The notes under the pieces were generated by a model, which was not told the DNA's origin, did not search any database, and saw only the letters and a list, made by a program, of their open reading frames with translations. Of a stretch of 64,000 bases of DNA, positions 38,355 through 51,198 are shown piece after piece. Position 1 is the stretch's first letter; the number at the start of each line of letters is the position of its first letter. This stretch comes from Sphaerodactylus townsendi (Eukaryota), in NCBI RefSeq assembly GCF_021028975.2, contig NC_059426.1:110732001-110796000 (forward strand), read 5' to 3'. A program made the translations under genes and the position numbers.

Positions 38355-40743
38355 TTAAAAATACTGATGGGCTCCTATTTTCATGTGTAAGATGTTAGAG
38401 GATATGCACAACTGAACCCATGTAATTCACAGCAGTAATTGGATTTTTCAATAAAAAGACATAGAAAATAAAATAGTACTTAAGGTTTGCATTATGGAAA
38501 CAAAATATCTATTTTTGCTGCTAATTGTTCCAAATGTGATGTTTACATATAAGAAGGAGAAAATATACACATAAATGTCCCAAGTTCAAGCCTGACATCT
38601 CTAGTTAAAAGGACCTTTCTGCACTGCCAGTCACAGAAGACACGTCTGAACTGACAGACCAAAGGTCTGACACAGAACAAGGCAGTGTCATGTGATAATC
38701 TTAAAGTATCATGTAGCAGCTTCCTTTAAAGGACATCAATGGCTGCTAATGGTTTTTAGTAGTGAGTTAATTCAGTATATTTGCTTACTAAGAATTAAGC
38801 ATACTTTCCTTGTTCCTCTCCCTGCCACTGAGCTCCATGAAAGAAGCAAGGGATAGAAACCTGAGGAAGAGTTTAGCCCCCTCCATGAAAAACTGATGCA
38901 GAACATCTATGCTAGCAAGCCTGAAGGACTGGACCAATCTACAAATTTAGACATTCCTTGGAAAAAAGTACTCATCTTCCTGAAAGGAAATTTAAGCTTG
39001 AAAATACAAATGCTATTTCCCTCTATAGAAAAATGATGTTTAGAAGCACTGCTATTCCTTCCAATTTCAAAAGAATGTATTTTAGCATAATGAATGTAAT
39101 ATAGCGTCCTAATTCAATGCATTATTTTTACAGAGAATGAAGAAGTGTGACAGAAAAAAGGCAGAAAATTGTACAAGTGTGTTGAAGTTCTTGAGATTAT
39201 ACATTGGGAATCACTGCCAATCCCACCATTACTGTTTTAACCTGCTTCCTCATTTATTTGAATTGCCAAGAAATGCAGCACAAATATCCACATGCCAGTA
39301 AATTGTAGACAAGAAAAGAAAATTAGGTCCACTTGTAAATGATATGAGCGAACCAAGTGTGAATTGAAACTGAGCTGCAGAATTTTGCTGAGAGATGTTT
39401 ACTTGCCATACAAACAGAAAGCATTAATATTTGCTAATCTTTGGTATTCTAATTTTCTTCATTCAAAATTCACCTAGGGCTATGGAAGCTCACATAAAAT
39501 TCAAGTGTAGGTGACATTAAGTAACACTAATACTCTGGTTTCAATTAAAAGTCATCCCACAATCACATACAAATATTTTAATGGTTTCTTGTACTGACTA
39601 TTTCCTTTCTTTATAGCTTGTTTTTTCTCTTGACACAGTACTTTATTATCTCTAAAGTTCTGAAGTTATGTAGCATATAGCTGCTAATGTTGTACCGTCA
39701 AATCATAGGATCTAGCCCCATTGAAGCCAGAGGTAATGTATGCATAATAATCAATTCACCTTAGTAAATAAGCTACCATAACTTTCCCACTATGTTGGCT
39801 TCTCTGGATAAATCTAAAATTTTAATTGGTCACATTCAATGCCAGATAAGAATGGAAACTTGTTTCCGAGAACAAAAATGCAGATGGTTTCTTAAATTAA
39901 TGCTCAGTTATTTGCCTTTGGAAATGCCACATTCTCATCTAGGCTTACAATTAGACTATATCTTGAGGAGACTCATGTTTCTCTCACCAAATCCTCCCCA
40001 TCAGTTTTAAATGATAATAAATCCCTGAAACCGATTGCCTCTTTCCTCATTATTGGGTTACTGGAAAGGCAAAGGCAGCTACCCTTGCTGAAATACATTG
40101 CTCTAATTTAGAGCTTAGCAGGGCCTCCTAAAAGCACATGGAGAGTGTGACATGACCTAAATTGGTGGCATCAAGGAGCTGCTAAAAGGAGATAATGCAC
40201 AGAAGTGAAGTCACAGCAGCACATACCTTGAACTCTCAAGGTGTCTGACAAGCTTCTGCTATGTTTTTTCTCCAGTACCATTCAATTAAGATGCCTTCAA
40301 CACCGCAGGTTAATACATCCACATACAGAGCTTCTATTAACAGCTTGGACAGAGTTGGACAAAGAATTGTTCCCACAAACTAATTCCTGAAATACATCAC
40401 CAGCACAATAATCAGGCAAACTGCGTGTGGCCTTTAAAGGAATAAATCAATACATTTTTGTTGTGCTTAGCCTGCTGTGCCTTACTGCTAGGAGCACCTT
40501 TTCATCTTTTTCATTCACCACAGTAGAGACAACTATGGTGGTGCTAAGGCATGTAGATCTTTTCACTAGTAGTGACTCCAAAGGATCCTAGCCCAATGTA
40601 TTTCCAAGGACAAGTACTTGAATACCATCAGAGAATCTAACAAATAACCTGTAAAAAATGTCATTTTCTCTTCCCAATGTGAAAAAAAATTACGTAATTG
40701 GAACTGCAGGTAAGTGTTCTGACAGTAGGGTTTCAAAAACTGT

Positions 40744-41593
40744 TAAGAACATAAGAACATAAGAAAGAGCCTGCTGGATCAGACCAGAGTCCATCTAGTC
40801 CAGCACTTGTAACCCCCATGCCCAGAATGGGTTGGTCCAGAATGGGTTGACCCAGTAAGGGGTGGAGACTCGGAGCAGCAGAGAGGCTGAAAGAGCTCTT
40901 TTGCAGAAGAACAAGGCTACCAGACTCGGACCTTGATTTCTATAAGCCCTTAACACCTTGTTAAGGGCTTATATTATGGTTGTAATGGGTGAGAGTTCTC
41001 CTGGAGACCTTCATCATGTTGCAACCTGTTCATCAAGCCCTTGGAGTCTTCAGGAGCCAGCCAACTTGCAAAGAAGATTTGGACTTGGCAATATCAGTAG
41101 ACTGTAAATAGAAGGACTTGAAATGCAACCTGAACAGGACCTTGAATTGTAACGTTAAATGTTGATGTTTTAAAAGTGTTAATTGTAAAGAAAAGTAAAC
41201 CATTTTGTTGTTTAAAAATTGTTGTTGCAACTCATTCCAAGTACTGCCCCACAGAACCCACAAGCTGAGGTTACACACTCTGCTACTCGCAGTGGTCCAC
41301 CAGGTGCCTTTGGGATCTCCCATGCAGGATGTGAAAGCAATGGACTTCTGCTGCTGCTGCTGCTCCCGAGCACCTGGTCTGCTAAGGCATTTGCAATCTC
41401 AGATCAAAGAGGATCAAGAGCCATAGAGTAGATCGACTTCTCCTCCATAAACCTGTCCAAGCCCTTTTTAAAGCTATCCAGGTTAGTGGCCATCACCACC
41501 TCCTGTGGCAGCATATTCCAAACTCCAATCACATGTTGCGTGAAGAAGTGTTTCCTTTTAATAGTCCTTATTCTTCCCCCCAGCATTTTCAAT
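40744..41593 (-). mobile_element. CR1 3' end interrupted by a solo LTR
   Basis: Tail (TAAGAACA)n; ORF 41404-41715 contains KRKHFFTQHVIGVWNMLPQEVVMATNLDSFKKGLDRFM, the CR1 ORF2 C-terminus. Confidence 0.9.
40808..41275 (+). mobile_element. Solo LTR (Gypsy/ERV-type), 468 bp
   Basis: Termini TGTAACC...GGTTACA; perfect 4-bp TSD CACT (40804-40807, 41276-41279); AGTAAA signal near 41194. Removing it restores the CR1 3' UTR. Confidence 0.92.
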
Positions 41594-42452
41594 TTGTTGT
41601 CAGATCTGTGAAAATGAAATGGCAACTGAGGCCAATTCCACATGGTACACATGTACCCGGTTGACAAAGAGAAATATTCCCTTTCACTGTTTCTCATGTT
41701 ACAAATTAGAAGCACTTAACAATATCTATATCCAATGGGCCTCAGTTAAAACACATACATTAGGTATCACTGAGGAAAAAACAACTATCCAGCAGCTGAA
41801 CATCAAAATGTAGATAGATAGATGCAGTTAATGTACATCTTTTTCTTATTTAAAGTAGTATTATTTGTTCTTAGTTTAATCAGTCTAGTTCTTACATATC
41901 TGTAATACCTTTGGCTACATTCCTGGCTGGAATTGAAGTATATTTTACCTCAATTATACTGTTTTATTTCCAATAGAATTTAATAAAAAGTTATTTTTCT
42001 TCTATAACATCCATATTTAGCATATGTATTTTCTACCGAAGTTAGTAAATGAATAGACACATCTATCATTGATTAAATAGTTCTGATATAAGCAGGTGGT
42101 TGAAATATACTTTCTGTTATGTGAGTAGCATTAAATTACAGCTGCTATTAGCCTCCAGAGGAAGTGATGACTAAAATCCCTCAGGCATCACAAATTTTCC
42201 TAAGTCACTCTCCCTGTGGCATTTTTGTTCAGGAAAAAAATATACCCTCCAAACTATTATTAATCTAAATATCTGGACTCTCCAAATATTCACTCAATGT
42301 AGATGCAGTTCTCAAAATACTTTCTTGTATGTCCCATTAAATAAAATGGGAGAGTACAGTCTCTTTTACTTACAAGATTAGTTCTAAAATTGGTACCTAT
42401 TTTTGCCTCCATAAACAACAGTAACTTGCTTAAATATCATATTGATCCACAG

Positions 42453-42648
42453 ATGAACACGTGAAGCTGCCTTATACTATATTAGACCTTTGACTCATCA
42501 AGATCTGTACCATCTTCTTAGACTGGCAGCAACTCTCCAAGATCTTGGGTCTTCCATCTGATCCTTTTAACTGAAGATGCCAGTGAGTGAATCTGGGACT
42601 TTCTGCATACCAAGCAGATGGTCCAGTACGGAGATATGTCACCCCTCC
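42453..42648 (-). mobile_element. tRNA-derived SINE with a CR1-like 3' end
   Basis: GTGAAGCTGCCTTATACT...GAATCTGGGACTTTCTGCAT...CCCCTCCCC (antisense tRNA head). A decayed sense copy lies at ~38555-38695. Confidence 0.65.
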
Positions 42649-42769
42649 CATACAGTCGATTCAATAAATGTAGTAAATCTATTAATATTGCCTAATGATT
42701 TGCAATTGTGAATTTTAGTAATTCAGAACATATGAATCAACAAAGCAAACAAGGGGTCATACAATATAG

Positions 42770-42906
42770 CCGTGGTGGTGAACCTTTGGCACTCCAGATG
42801 TTATGGACTACAATTCACATCAGCCCCTGCCAATTGGCCATGCTGGCAGGGGCTGATGGGAATTGTAGTCCATAACATCTGGAGTGCCAAAGGTTCGCCA
42901 CCACTG
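42770..42906. mobile_element. Palindromic hAT/Charlie-type MITE related to 9010-9157
   Basis: Foldback with shared core GGCTGATGGGAATTGTAGT; 8-bp TSD CAATATAG (42762-42769, 42907-42914). Confidence 0.93.
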
Positions 42907-43384
42907 CAATATAGGGTATGCCATGTTTTCACACATAATGCTAGGTTAATATTCAATGATAAATCATCATTGAAAAAACTCGTATTTTAACAACTGATGA
43001 AAACAAGTATTTTCAAAGGGCTATTTTGTTCCAATGAAAGAAATTGGACAGTTCTGAAGCCTCATCCCTACTATTTAAATGAGGTGTAACAGATGCCATT
43101 TATGTACTGAAATTCTTTTGTATTTCCTGGAAACTACTTGTGCCTGGACTATTTTTTAAAAAGTACGAATATGTTTACAGATCTCATTTTAAACCATGGT
43201 CACAGATTCAGATTAATCCATGGCCCACATTAATCATCATGGAAATTCCTTCAGGAAAGACAATGATAGGGAAATTTAATACTATTCATATTTTGAAGGA
43301 TTTTAAAGTTGTTGAGTGAAAAAAATTGAACATCCTGACTAGTAGGTCCTATTGAAATAAAGATTATGTGCTATTTTTAAAATC

Positions 43385-44340
43385 TTATTTTATACAATTT
43401 ATGCCCCGCCCTTCTTTGGCAGAAGTCAGGTTGAGGGATGCTTCCAGCAACAAATGTACAATAATAATAGATTACAAAAGTTCCTATTTAGCAACACTCT
43501 ACATTTATAATATTAAAATTACTTCAAATTAAACCATACAATTACTTCTAATTAAAACTTATCATTTGTTCCTTCCATCTCTAAGCAATATGGTGCCCCT
43601 AATGTTGCAGTCAGATGTAAATTTTAGGGAGATAAAAGTGGGAAACCCCAAAAATGAATAACTGGGGACTTGGTTAAGGACAGCTAGATGATTCTGGGGT
43701 CATGGATCACAAAGAGGTTATTTCTCGTAGAATGTATACTGGGAGAGGACATCCCACATATTTAAGGGTTCCAGACCATTTAGGGCTTTAAAGATCAATA
43801 CTAAAACCTTGAACTTGATGTCGTACTCAGCCTGGAACTAGTGCAGCTGGTGAAGCACAAGTTGTATATGTGCTCTACAGCTGGACAAGGGAATGTATGT
43901 AAATGTTAAAAGCAATGATGAGAGAATCACTCTTGGCAAGACACCACATATCAAAGGGTATCCTAATGAAACTCTCCCCTAACAACATCCTGTCCCTAGC
44001 CTCAGAGAAAAGAGATCAGCCACTGAAGGATTGTTCCTGATAGTCCAGTATCAGTGACGGAGTGGGTCAGAAGATCATAATCAACCATTTCAAACACTGC
44101 TGACAAATCAATAACAGCAGCACTTACTGACCCAACACAGAGACCATCTGTGAGACCAACCAACCCAGTCTCCATCCCATGGCTGGGCATGAAGCCAGAC
44201 TGGATCCAGGGCTGGCGTGTCATCCAGAAAAGCCTGGAGCTGCTCTGCTGCCACTCTATAACTACCTTGCCCTGGAAAATAGGTTTGAAACCTACCAATA
44301 GTGCGTTGGATCAGAAGGGTCCAAAGATGGTTTCCTCAGG
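43385..44340 (-). mobile_element. Decayed L2 fragments
   Basis: ORF 44002-44298: QSGFMPSHGMETGLV, DLSAVFEMVDY, GTILQWLISFL; 3' motif GCCCCGCC near 43403. Confidence 0.75.
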
Positions 44341-45544
44341 AGTGGCTTCGCCCAGAACTTTATGTAATTTTATTACAATTTAAATGAATATATATTAAAA
44401 TGTGTGTAGGACTGTAATTCCTATACATTATACTTCTACTTAATTCAGTAGGACTTAGTCATTACTAATAGTTTCTGATTTATACCAACAGGATTCAAAG
44501 AAACTCTTCAATTTATTACACCCATTTATATGCCATAGTATCCCCCCCCACCCCCCCACCCCCCAAAAAAAGATTGCCAGAGAATCTGGCTGTTCTCACA
44601 CACTGACTCATTGCACAAACAAATTGGGGAAGGGAGCTCTGAAAGAGAAAAATTGTATTTTAAAATTGTGAGACCTTAGTACTTGACAAAAATAAAATGG
44701 CTTCTCCTTGAGTGTGCAATTTTTGCAAGTGTGCACAGTAGAATAAAGCTTGTAGCTAGGGTGGAACTGGATTTCTTTATCCATTCCAACAATGTCCTTC
44801 TGATTTTAATTACATTTTCTCTCTTTGTTGCCAAGGTTACCAACTGACCTCAGTTTCAAAGATGAAAATAAATCTGAAAGCAAAGCCATGAAACAAGAGA
44901 AAGATGATAAAGGGTTGCCATACTGGGGGGGGGGGGGATGACCACCCACAACAAACCTTTTCCTGACTCCGACAAAACTCACTTTGATTTAATTTTCAGC
45001 TCAACTGTGAAATAAAAGAAAAAGAAAAATGTGCCAAAGTAGATAGTGATCAATCAGTTAATAGAAATGTTTGTTTTGCATTTGCTATAAACCAAATACT
45101 TCACAATGGCTGATACTGTGTCCTTATTGTAAAACATAATACTGATAAGATTACTGAGCTAATGATGCTGATGATGCAGAGATTTCTCATAGTGTTCTGA
45201 AAGCTCAGAACAAATTGCTGCTGCAACACCGTCATTTACTTATGTGAAAACTTACTTATGAGTTTTTATAAATCTGCACTGTTCACAAAAGTGCTTCAAC
45301 TCAAAGAAACTGGCAAGTGCAGAAAAGCAGATTATAATTTTCTATCCTCCCAATTCATGATTTGAAAAAAATATATATATACAGTTTTCCATAGTCCTTG
45401 GAATGCGTACAGTCTTTGGAATAAATGACTGAATGGCTGTAAGGACTAGCATATGAGTTTCCAGCACAAAACCAGTTTGAACACTAGCAACCAATATGAA
45501 TACCAGTAACATGAACTTCATCTTGTGGAATTTGTACAATCCCA

Positions 45545-48500
45545 CTTAGTACTGTGTTTCTGCTTGTCTGCTGCAGAACATTTTAGTTAGCATTTTTTAA
45601 AGCTCATAGCCATTAAGCAAGTGCTCCCCTTCAGTCAAAGACTGGGCTATTTGTTTTCCCCGTACAGGGCATGTGACTACGGAGGAGGGCACACTCTCTC
45701 CCTCCAGAACTCTCTTTGCTGCCACGTGAGCCTAGCCATCTACATTTTGTTCACTGACTGTTGTGGTATAGTTAGTACATTTTAGAGTTTTATTTTCTTT
45801 TAGTGTGATTCTTTAGTTAGTGTAATTTTCTGTTTGTGCATTTTAATTTCAAATGTTTAACTTCGTTCTCAGGAGAACTGCTGCACCATCTCACTTGGGG
45901 CAAGATGGCATCTGCCAAGGCTTCCTGCACAATCAGATGGTCACACCAAGTGTATAGTCTGCCTGGGAGATGGCCAGTAAGGTGTAAAAAAAGAGGCCCA
46001 CAAAGCTCAAGGAGGTCTTCTGCACTAAGGCACTTAAACCCAAGACTTTGGGAGCAAGCCCATCTGGGGACTCTGTATCTTCCACATTGACTGCCTCTAA
46101 CTCTCCAGGGTAGGTGTCAGTACCTCAAAATGAAATCCATATGGAGACCAGATACACAACATCTGCATCTAAGAAGTCACCGATGATCAACGTCATTACC
46201 CGATCTGGGAGAAGCTAACCTGAATCTGCATCCACCAGAAAAATGGAAAATTTATTATAAACTATATGCAGATGATGCAGACAACATGGACTGTTTTTAC
46301 TACCACCCTCTACCTAACTCTCTGATAGTCAAGGTGATACTGGCAAAGTTGGGAATGGCCATGGCCTCATTTGAAAAGGAGGGAAGGATGTGGGATGCCT
46401 TGGGGGGCCGTATGTACTTGGTGGGGGTTATGGTGCTTAGGGTAACACACTTTCTTGCTATGAAGGGTGCAGTATCTGTAGTAGCATTTAAGCACATCTT
46501 ACAGATAATTCCCAGGAGGATGCTCCTACAGACAAAGGGACTGAAGCTAAATAAGTGCCAAATGAATGTTGTGAAACATATCTCAGATGGCTTTGTAAGA
46601 GTGGTAGCCTTGAGCATAGTAATGCAATGCCATGTATGGCTATGGTCTTCAGCTCTGCCATCGGGCATTAAAATCCAAATCAAGGACTTGCCCTTTGACT
46701 ATAAACAACTTTGTCATGAGATGACTGATGATGTCTTACAAGGACTGAGAAAGAACAAATTGACTGCCAAGTATTTAGGGATATCCCAGACCACCAGGGA
46801 ACTCCTCTCACCTGCCTAAGGTATGGCTCTAACAATAGTTACTTCTCAGGAAAATAGTATTGATATGGTTACTACCCACAGTATGGGGTGTGTGTGTGTG
46901 TGTGGGGGCAGCAGACAGGGAATCAAAATAGACCACCACCCCATACAATAAGCCCAGATACCAGCCCAGGGCAGAGGTAAGAAATCCAATAGCTCCCCTG
47001 AACAATCTGCATCAGCGAGCAAGAAACCTGTGGGGGAAGAGCTTAGCAGAACCTGCAAGACCCAAAACAAGTGGAAAATGGCAGGGAAATATCTCCTACC
47101 TGTGTTCCACTCCTGGGGGGCACCAGAGATAGATTTATTTGATTCAGAGGTAAATGCCAAATGTTCCCAGTACTGTACTGGGGTGTGTGTGTGTTGGGGC
47201 TGCACTTCCTGGGGAATGCATTTCAGCTCACTTGTTCAGGACCCCTGTTATACATTTTCCACCCTTACGCTAATCCTTAAAATAATTGCTAAAGACAAAG
47301 CATACAAGGCCAATCTAATTCTTCTGGCTCCCTTCTGACCCAGGATGGCCTGGTTTGGACCCCTATGAACTCTACCTGTGCAAAACCACCCTCCTGTGTG
47401 TTGGTAAGGTATTGCACCACATTATGGCAGCCCTATGCCTCATGACTCACTGACAGGCTGGCCAGAGGAGATTGTAGACGTACTGATTACGTCTGGAAAA
47501 CCTTCTACCAGACATTCTACCAGATGTTCCTGTACAGCCAAGTGGACTAGATTCGTAGGTTGGGCAGAAACAAAGGAATTATATCCTTATTCATGTCCAT
47601 TAGACAAGGTTTTTCACATATCTGCTTTCCCTAAAGAGCACTGGCTTAGCCCCCATTCACAGGTCTCTCTCCCGCTTTCAAAGAGGTTCCTTAAGGGACT
47701 CAATAGTATGTACCCTCATGTTCAACCCACAATGCCTCAGGAGAGTCATATGCTGATGTTTACTTGGCTTATGTGTACCCTGTTCAAACCTTTGTATTCT
47801 TTAAGGTTTTTGTCTTATAAAATGACCTTTCTGGTGGCTATTACCTCTACATGCAGAGTTAGTGATTTGAGGGTTCTATGTTGTCACCTTCACTTTACTT
47901 GGTTTTTTTCCTAATAAAGTAGTCCTAAAGTCTAGTCTAGAACATTTACCTAAAGTTTCACCTCTCACAAGATATAGTCCTTCCAGTATTTTTCTAAGAC
48001 CTTCAATCTCAAGAAGACATGGCACTCTTTTGACGTGCACAGAACTCTCTTTTACCATCCTGATAGAACAAAGCCCTTTAGGAAGGACACTGTGCTGTTT
48101 GTATGCATTAGAGGACCCAAGAAAAGATCTGTTATATCTATTCCAACTGCATCATATTGGGTGATGTCTGCAATTAATTTGGTTTATCACAAGGCTAAGG
48201 TTCCTTGCCCAATTGCCATTAGGGCACATTCTATTAGGACCCTAGCTGTTTTGACAGCTTTTAAGAATTGAGTGGATCTTAATGATGTATGCAGAGTAGC
48301 TACTTGGTCTACTCCTTTGACTTTCATCAAGCATTATGCTGTGGACATCAATGCCAGCACTGAGACAACTGTGAGTTGAGCTATGTTGCAATCTGTGGTT
48401 AACTAACAGTGCCAAACCTACATCCACGCAGCAAGTAAATTATAAGTTTTGCTGCATTCTTCTTTACATATGTAGGGATCTGTACAGTGAAGCAAGGTGG

Positions 48501-48860
48501 GAAGATGAAAAACAATTTGCTTACTGTCACTGTTTATTCATCAAGTGGTCCTTTGTACAGGTACATGTCCCCCCTGCCTTCCCTGCTGTGGGCTATCATT
48601 TAGCTAAAGTTGTGGCTCCCTCCAGCCGTGAAAGGAGTTATCATGGAGGGTAAGAATGCACCCCTCCTCCCTGGGCAGTCACATGCCCTGGGCAGAGAAA
48701 GCAAATAGCTCAGACTGTGATTGGGGGAGGGGAGCACTCATCTAATGACTATGAGCTTTTTTCAAAAACCACCAGCTAATATGCTCCACTGCAGTCCTGC
48801 ACAAGTACAGTCCCATGTGTGCTTCTATAAAGAACCACTAGATGAACAAAAAGTTACAGT
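45545..48860 (+). mobile_element. DIRS1-like tyrosine-recombinase retrotransposon, internally deleted
   Basis: gag-like HPLPNSLIV...IKDLPFD (46286-46819); MTase-like WGAPEIDLFDSEVNAKC...LILLAPF (47030-47338); YR KPSTR, KRFLKG, FLVAITSTCRVSDL, RAHSIR (47435-48271). ITRs 45601-45712 and 48634-48757; ICR at ~48537-48560. Confidence 0.92.
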
Positions 48861-48930
48861 ATGCAATGGTATTTTTCTGTTGTATGACCTTGTGATGCAA
48901 TTGTATCCTTGATTCATCTCAAGGTTAACT

Positions 48931-49150
48931 TGAGAGAGACAGTGTGGTATTGTGGTTAAGAGCAGCAGTTTGATTCCCCATTCCTCTGCAGACTCTAATC
49001 TGGAGAATCAGTTTAGAGTACCCAGTCTTCCTCATGCAGCCTGTTGGGTGACCTTGGGATAGTCCCAGTTCTCTCAGTTCCCTGTTGTGTGAGGGGGCAG
49101 GGGGGGGGATTGTAAGCCATTTTCAGTAGAAAAAAGCAGGGTATAAAATT
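48931..49150 (+). mobile_element. Squam3-like SINE, degraded
   Basis: GTGGTATTGTGGTTAAGAGC...TTTGATTCCCC...GGGTGACCTTGGGATAGTC. Confidence 0.8.
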
Positions 49151-49640
49151 AAGGATGTTTTAAGTTAGTTTGAAGGATGTTAGGATTTTTTCAGTATTTT
49201 TCAGGTTTGGCTTTTAAAAAACCTAGAAATTTCCCAAAAACCTGAAAAAAGCCAAGTCAGCTTTTTGTTTTGTTTTCTCAAAAAACTGGTGTGGGGGGGG
49301 AGGGGAGGTTAAGCTGAATGCAAAAATTGCCAGCTGCATAGCTACCTGTAGGGATCAGATCACTCTGCTGGTTTCCATGCAGCCTGTGAAGCAGACTTCA
49401 CAGGTTCCATCCCAAAGCTGTCTGTGGGGATCAGGAGACCCAAACCCCACCCCTAGATAGTTCTGCTGGCTTCCATGCATGATGTGGCAGGGGTAACCAT
49501 TTTAGAGTGTGTAGAGAAGTGTACTTAGCATGGGAAACAGTAAATTCGATTTTAGGTGATTCTACCTCTGCATAAGTGGCTGAGAGAAAATGTTACAAAT
49601 GAGAGAATGTTGAATAAAGCAAAGTAAAGAGACAGTTTAA

Positions 49641-49833
49641 TGTATTGCCGAAGGCTTTCACGGCCGGAATCACTGGGGTGCTGTGTGGTTTCCAGGCTGT
49701 ATGGCCGTGCTCTAGCAGCATTCTCTCCTGACGTCAGATCCTCGGAAGATGCCAGCCACAGATGCAGGCGAAACGGCAGGAGAGAATGCTGCTAGAATAC
49801 GACCATACAGGCCGGAAACCACACAGCACCCCA
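49641..49833. mobile_element. Penelope-like element terminal (pLTR) fragment forming an inverted repeat
   Basis: Arms 49674-49734 and 49773-49833 are near reverse complements; the loop carries the PLE hammerhead-type motif. The first 18 nt recur at 61695 next to a Penelope RT. Confidence 0.85.
49737..49781 (+). ncRNA. Degenerate minimal type-I hammerhead ribozyme, probably inactive
   Basis: TCCT-CGGAAGA-TGCCAGCCACAGATGCAGGC-GAAAC-GGC-AGGA, compared with consensus CUGANGA...GAAA...GUC: U4 is G and the cleavage triplet GUC is GGC. Confidence 0.7.
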
Positions 49834-51152
49834 AAGAGAGAGTTTGATGCACTGTGATGGTGGAAAACAGGAGTGGCTGGTTAGAGCAATAGTATGTGGT
49901 AGGGATGGAGTGATAATGTGGAGTTGTGTGATTTTGGTGGGATCAGTTTGGGGTGCTTCTGCACCTCCCCCCCCCAAAAAAAACAGTGAGTATTGACGGC
50001 TGGAGAGAATAGAGTGGGGTGGTATCTATCAGATTTATCAGAGTGAAAAAAATATTTTTGCCCCAACTATTATTTCTCGCAGCATTTCTGCCTGTTTGCA
50101 AATGGTGTGTATATGTTTGCTGTCTTTGTTAGTTACACAAACCAAAAAGCAAACAGAATTTTGTACTTTTTCCCAGCTCTGGTTGTGTGAGCAGAGTTTT
50201 TAAAAGAATCATGCAGAGATGTGCATTCTAGCAACAAAACTAGCTTTTTAAAATTCACATACTGGCAAGCCCCCCAGTTAGCATGCAGCATGTGAAGCAC
50301 ACAGCACAAACTCCATGCAGAATTTGAAGCACACAGCACAAGCTTTCACAACCCTGCTGGGAAGCCAGGGGGAGAGGTGGATGAGAAGTGGTCTTGGATG
50401 GTACATGTAGGGGAGCATCACATACCACATCTGCATCAAAATCATGTTTTGAAAACACCAAACACCTCACCTACCTTAAGCTAATGTTGCAGCACAGCTG
50501 AATCTTTTTAAAAAGGTAAGGATTCTGACTTAGAATGCCGCCTCTCCAGGGTTGACTTTATGTCAGATATTTGCAGGGAGCACCTTGCTTTTACAGGGTG
50601 ACAAGGGTAACCCTGAGGTGTGGCAGGGCTGTTGGGAGCTGCCTCTAACCACTGAGCTAAACAGCTATGCAACTTTGTTCTCTTTTGGGGTGGGGTGTGA
50701 TCCAATGATGAACTTGTCTTGAGGTGGGCAATGTGGGGGAGATCTTTCTAGACTGCTCTATTGCTCTGATGAGATTTTAGGTGGCAAGGTAGGAATGACC
50801 AGCTGATGAGCCATATAATTCTGCAGAACCATCTTGAGCACTTGACTGCTGAAGTCCATATTATGTCAGACCATTTCAGGGCTGATAATAAAACAGGTAA
50901 TCTACCTGTTAACAAGGGTGGGACTCATGCTGCACTAAAAAGTGTTTTGGGGGGGTGAGCATGGGGTTGTTATGATTATTTCTGTCCTCTTTCACAAATA
51001 TAATTTCAGACATTCAAGTTTTGTCAGTCCACAGTCTGGAATTGTTATACCTGGTTTAATGCATTTAAAATATCACCAACTTCCATCACCTTAAAAATAA
51101 TCAAAATCTTTCTAGATTGTGGTGGAATTCCAATAAACTGGACATTCCATTT

Positions 51153-51198
51153 TGTTTTTCATAACATTGTTTTTCATAACATTGTTTTTCATAACATT
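51153..51198. repeat. 15-bp tandem repeat x3
   Basis: (TTGTTTTTCATAACA)3. Confidence 0.95.

Noticed and set aside
40480-40716. Splice-like signals (minus-strand acceptor at ~40650, plus-strand CAG|GTAAGT at ~40709)
   Set aside because: No open frame or partner splice site supports a coding exon.
46286-46819. LAP2alpha-like host gene
   Set aside because: It is the DIRS gag, lying between ITRs with a downstream tyrosine recombinase.
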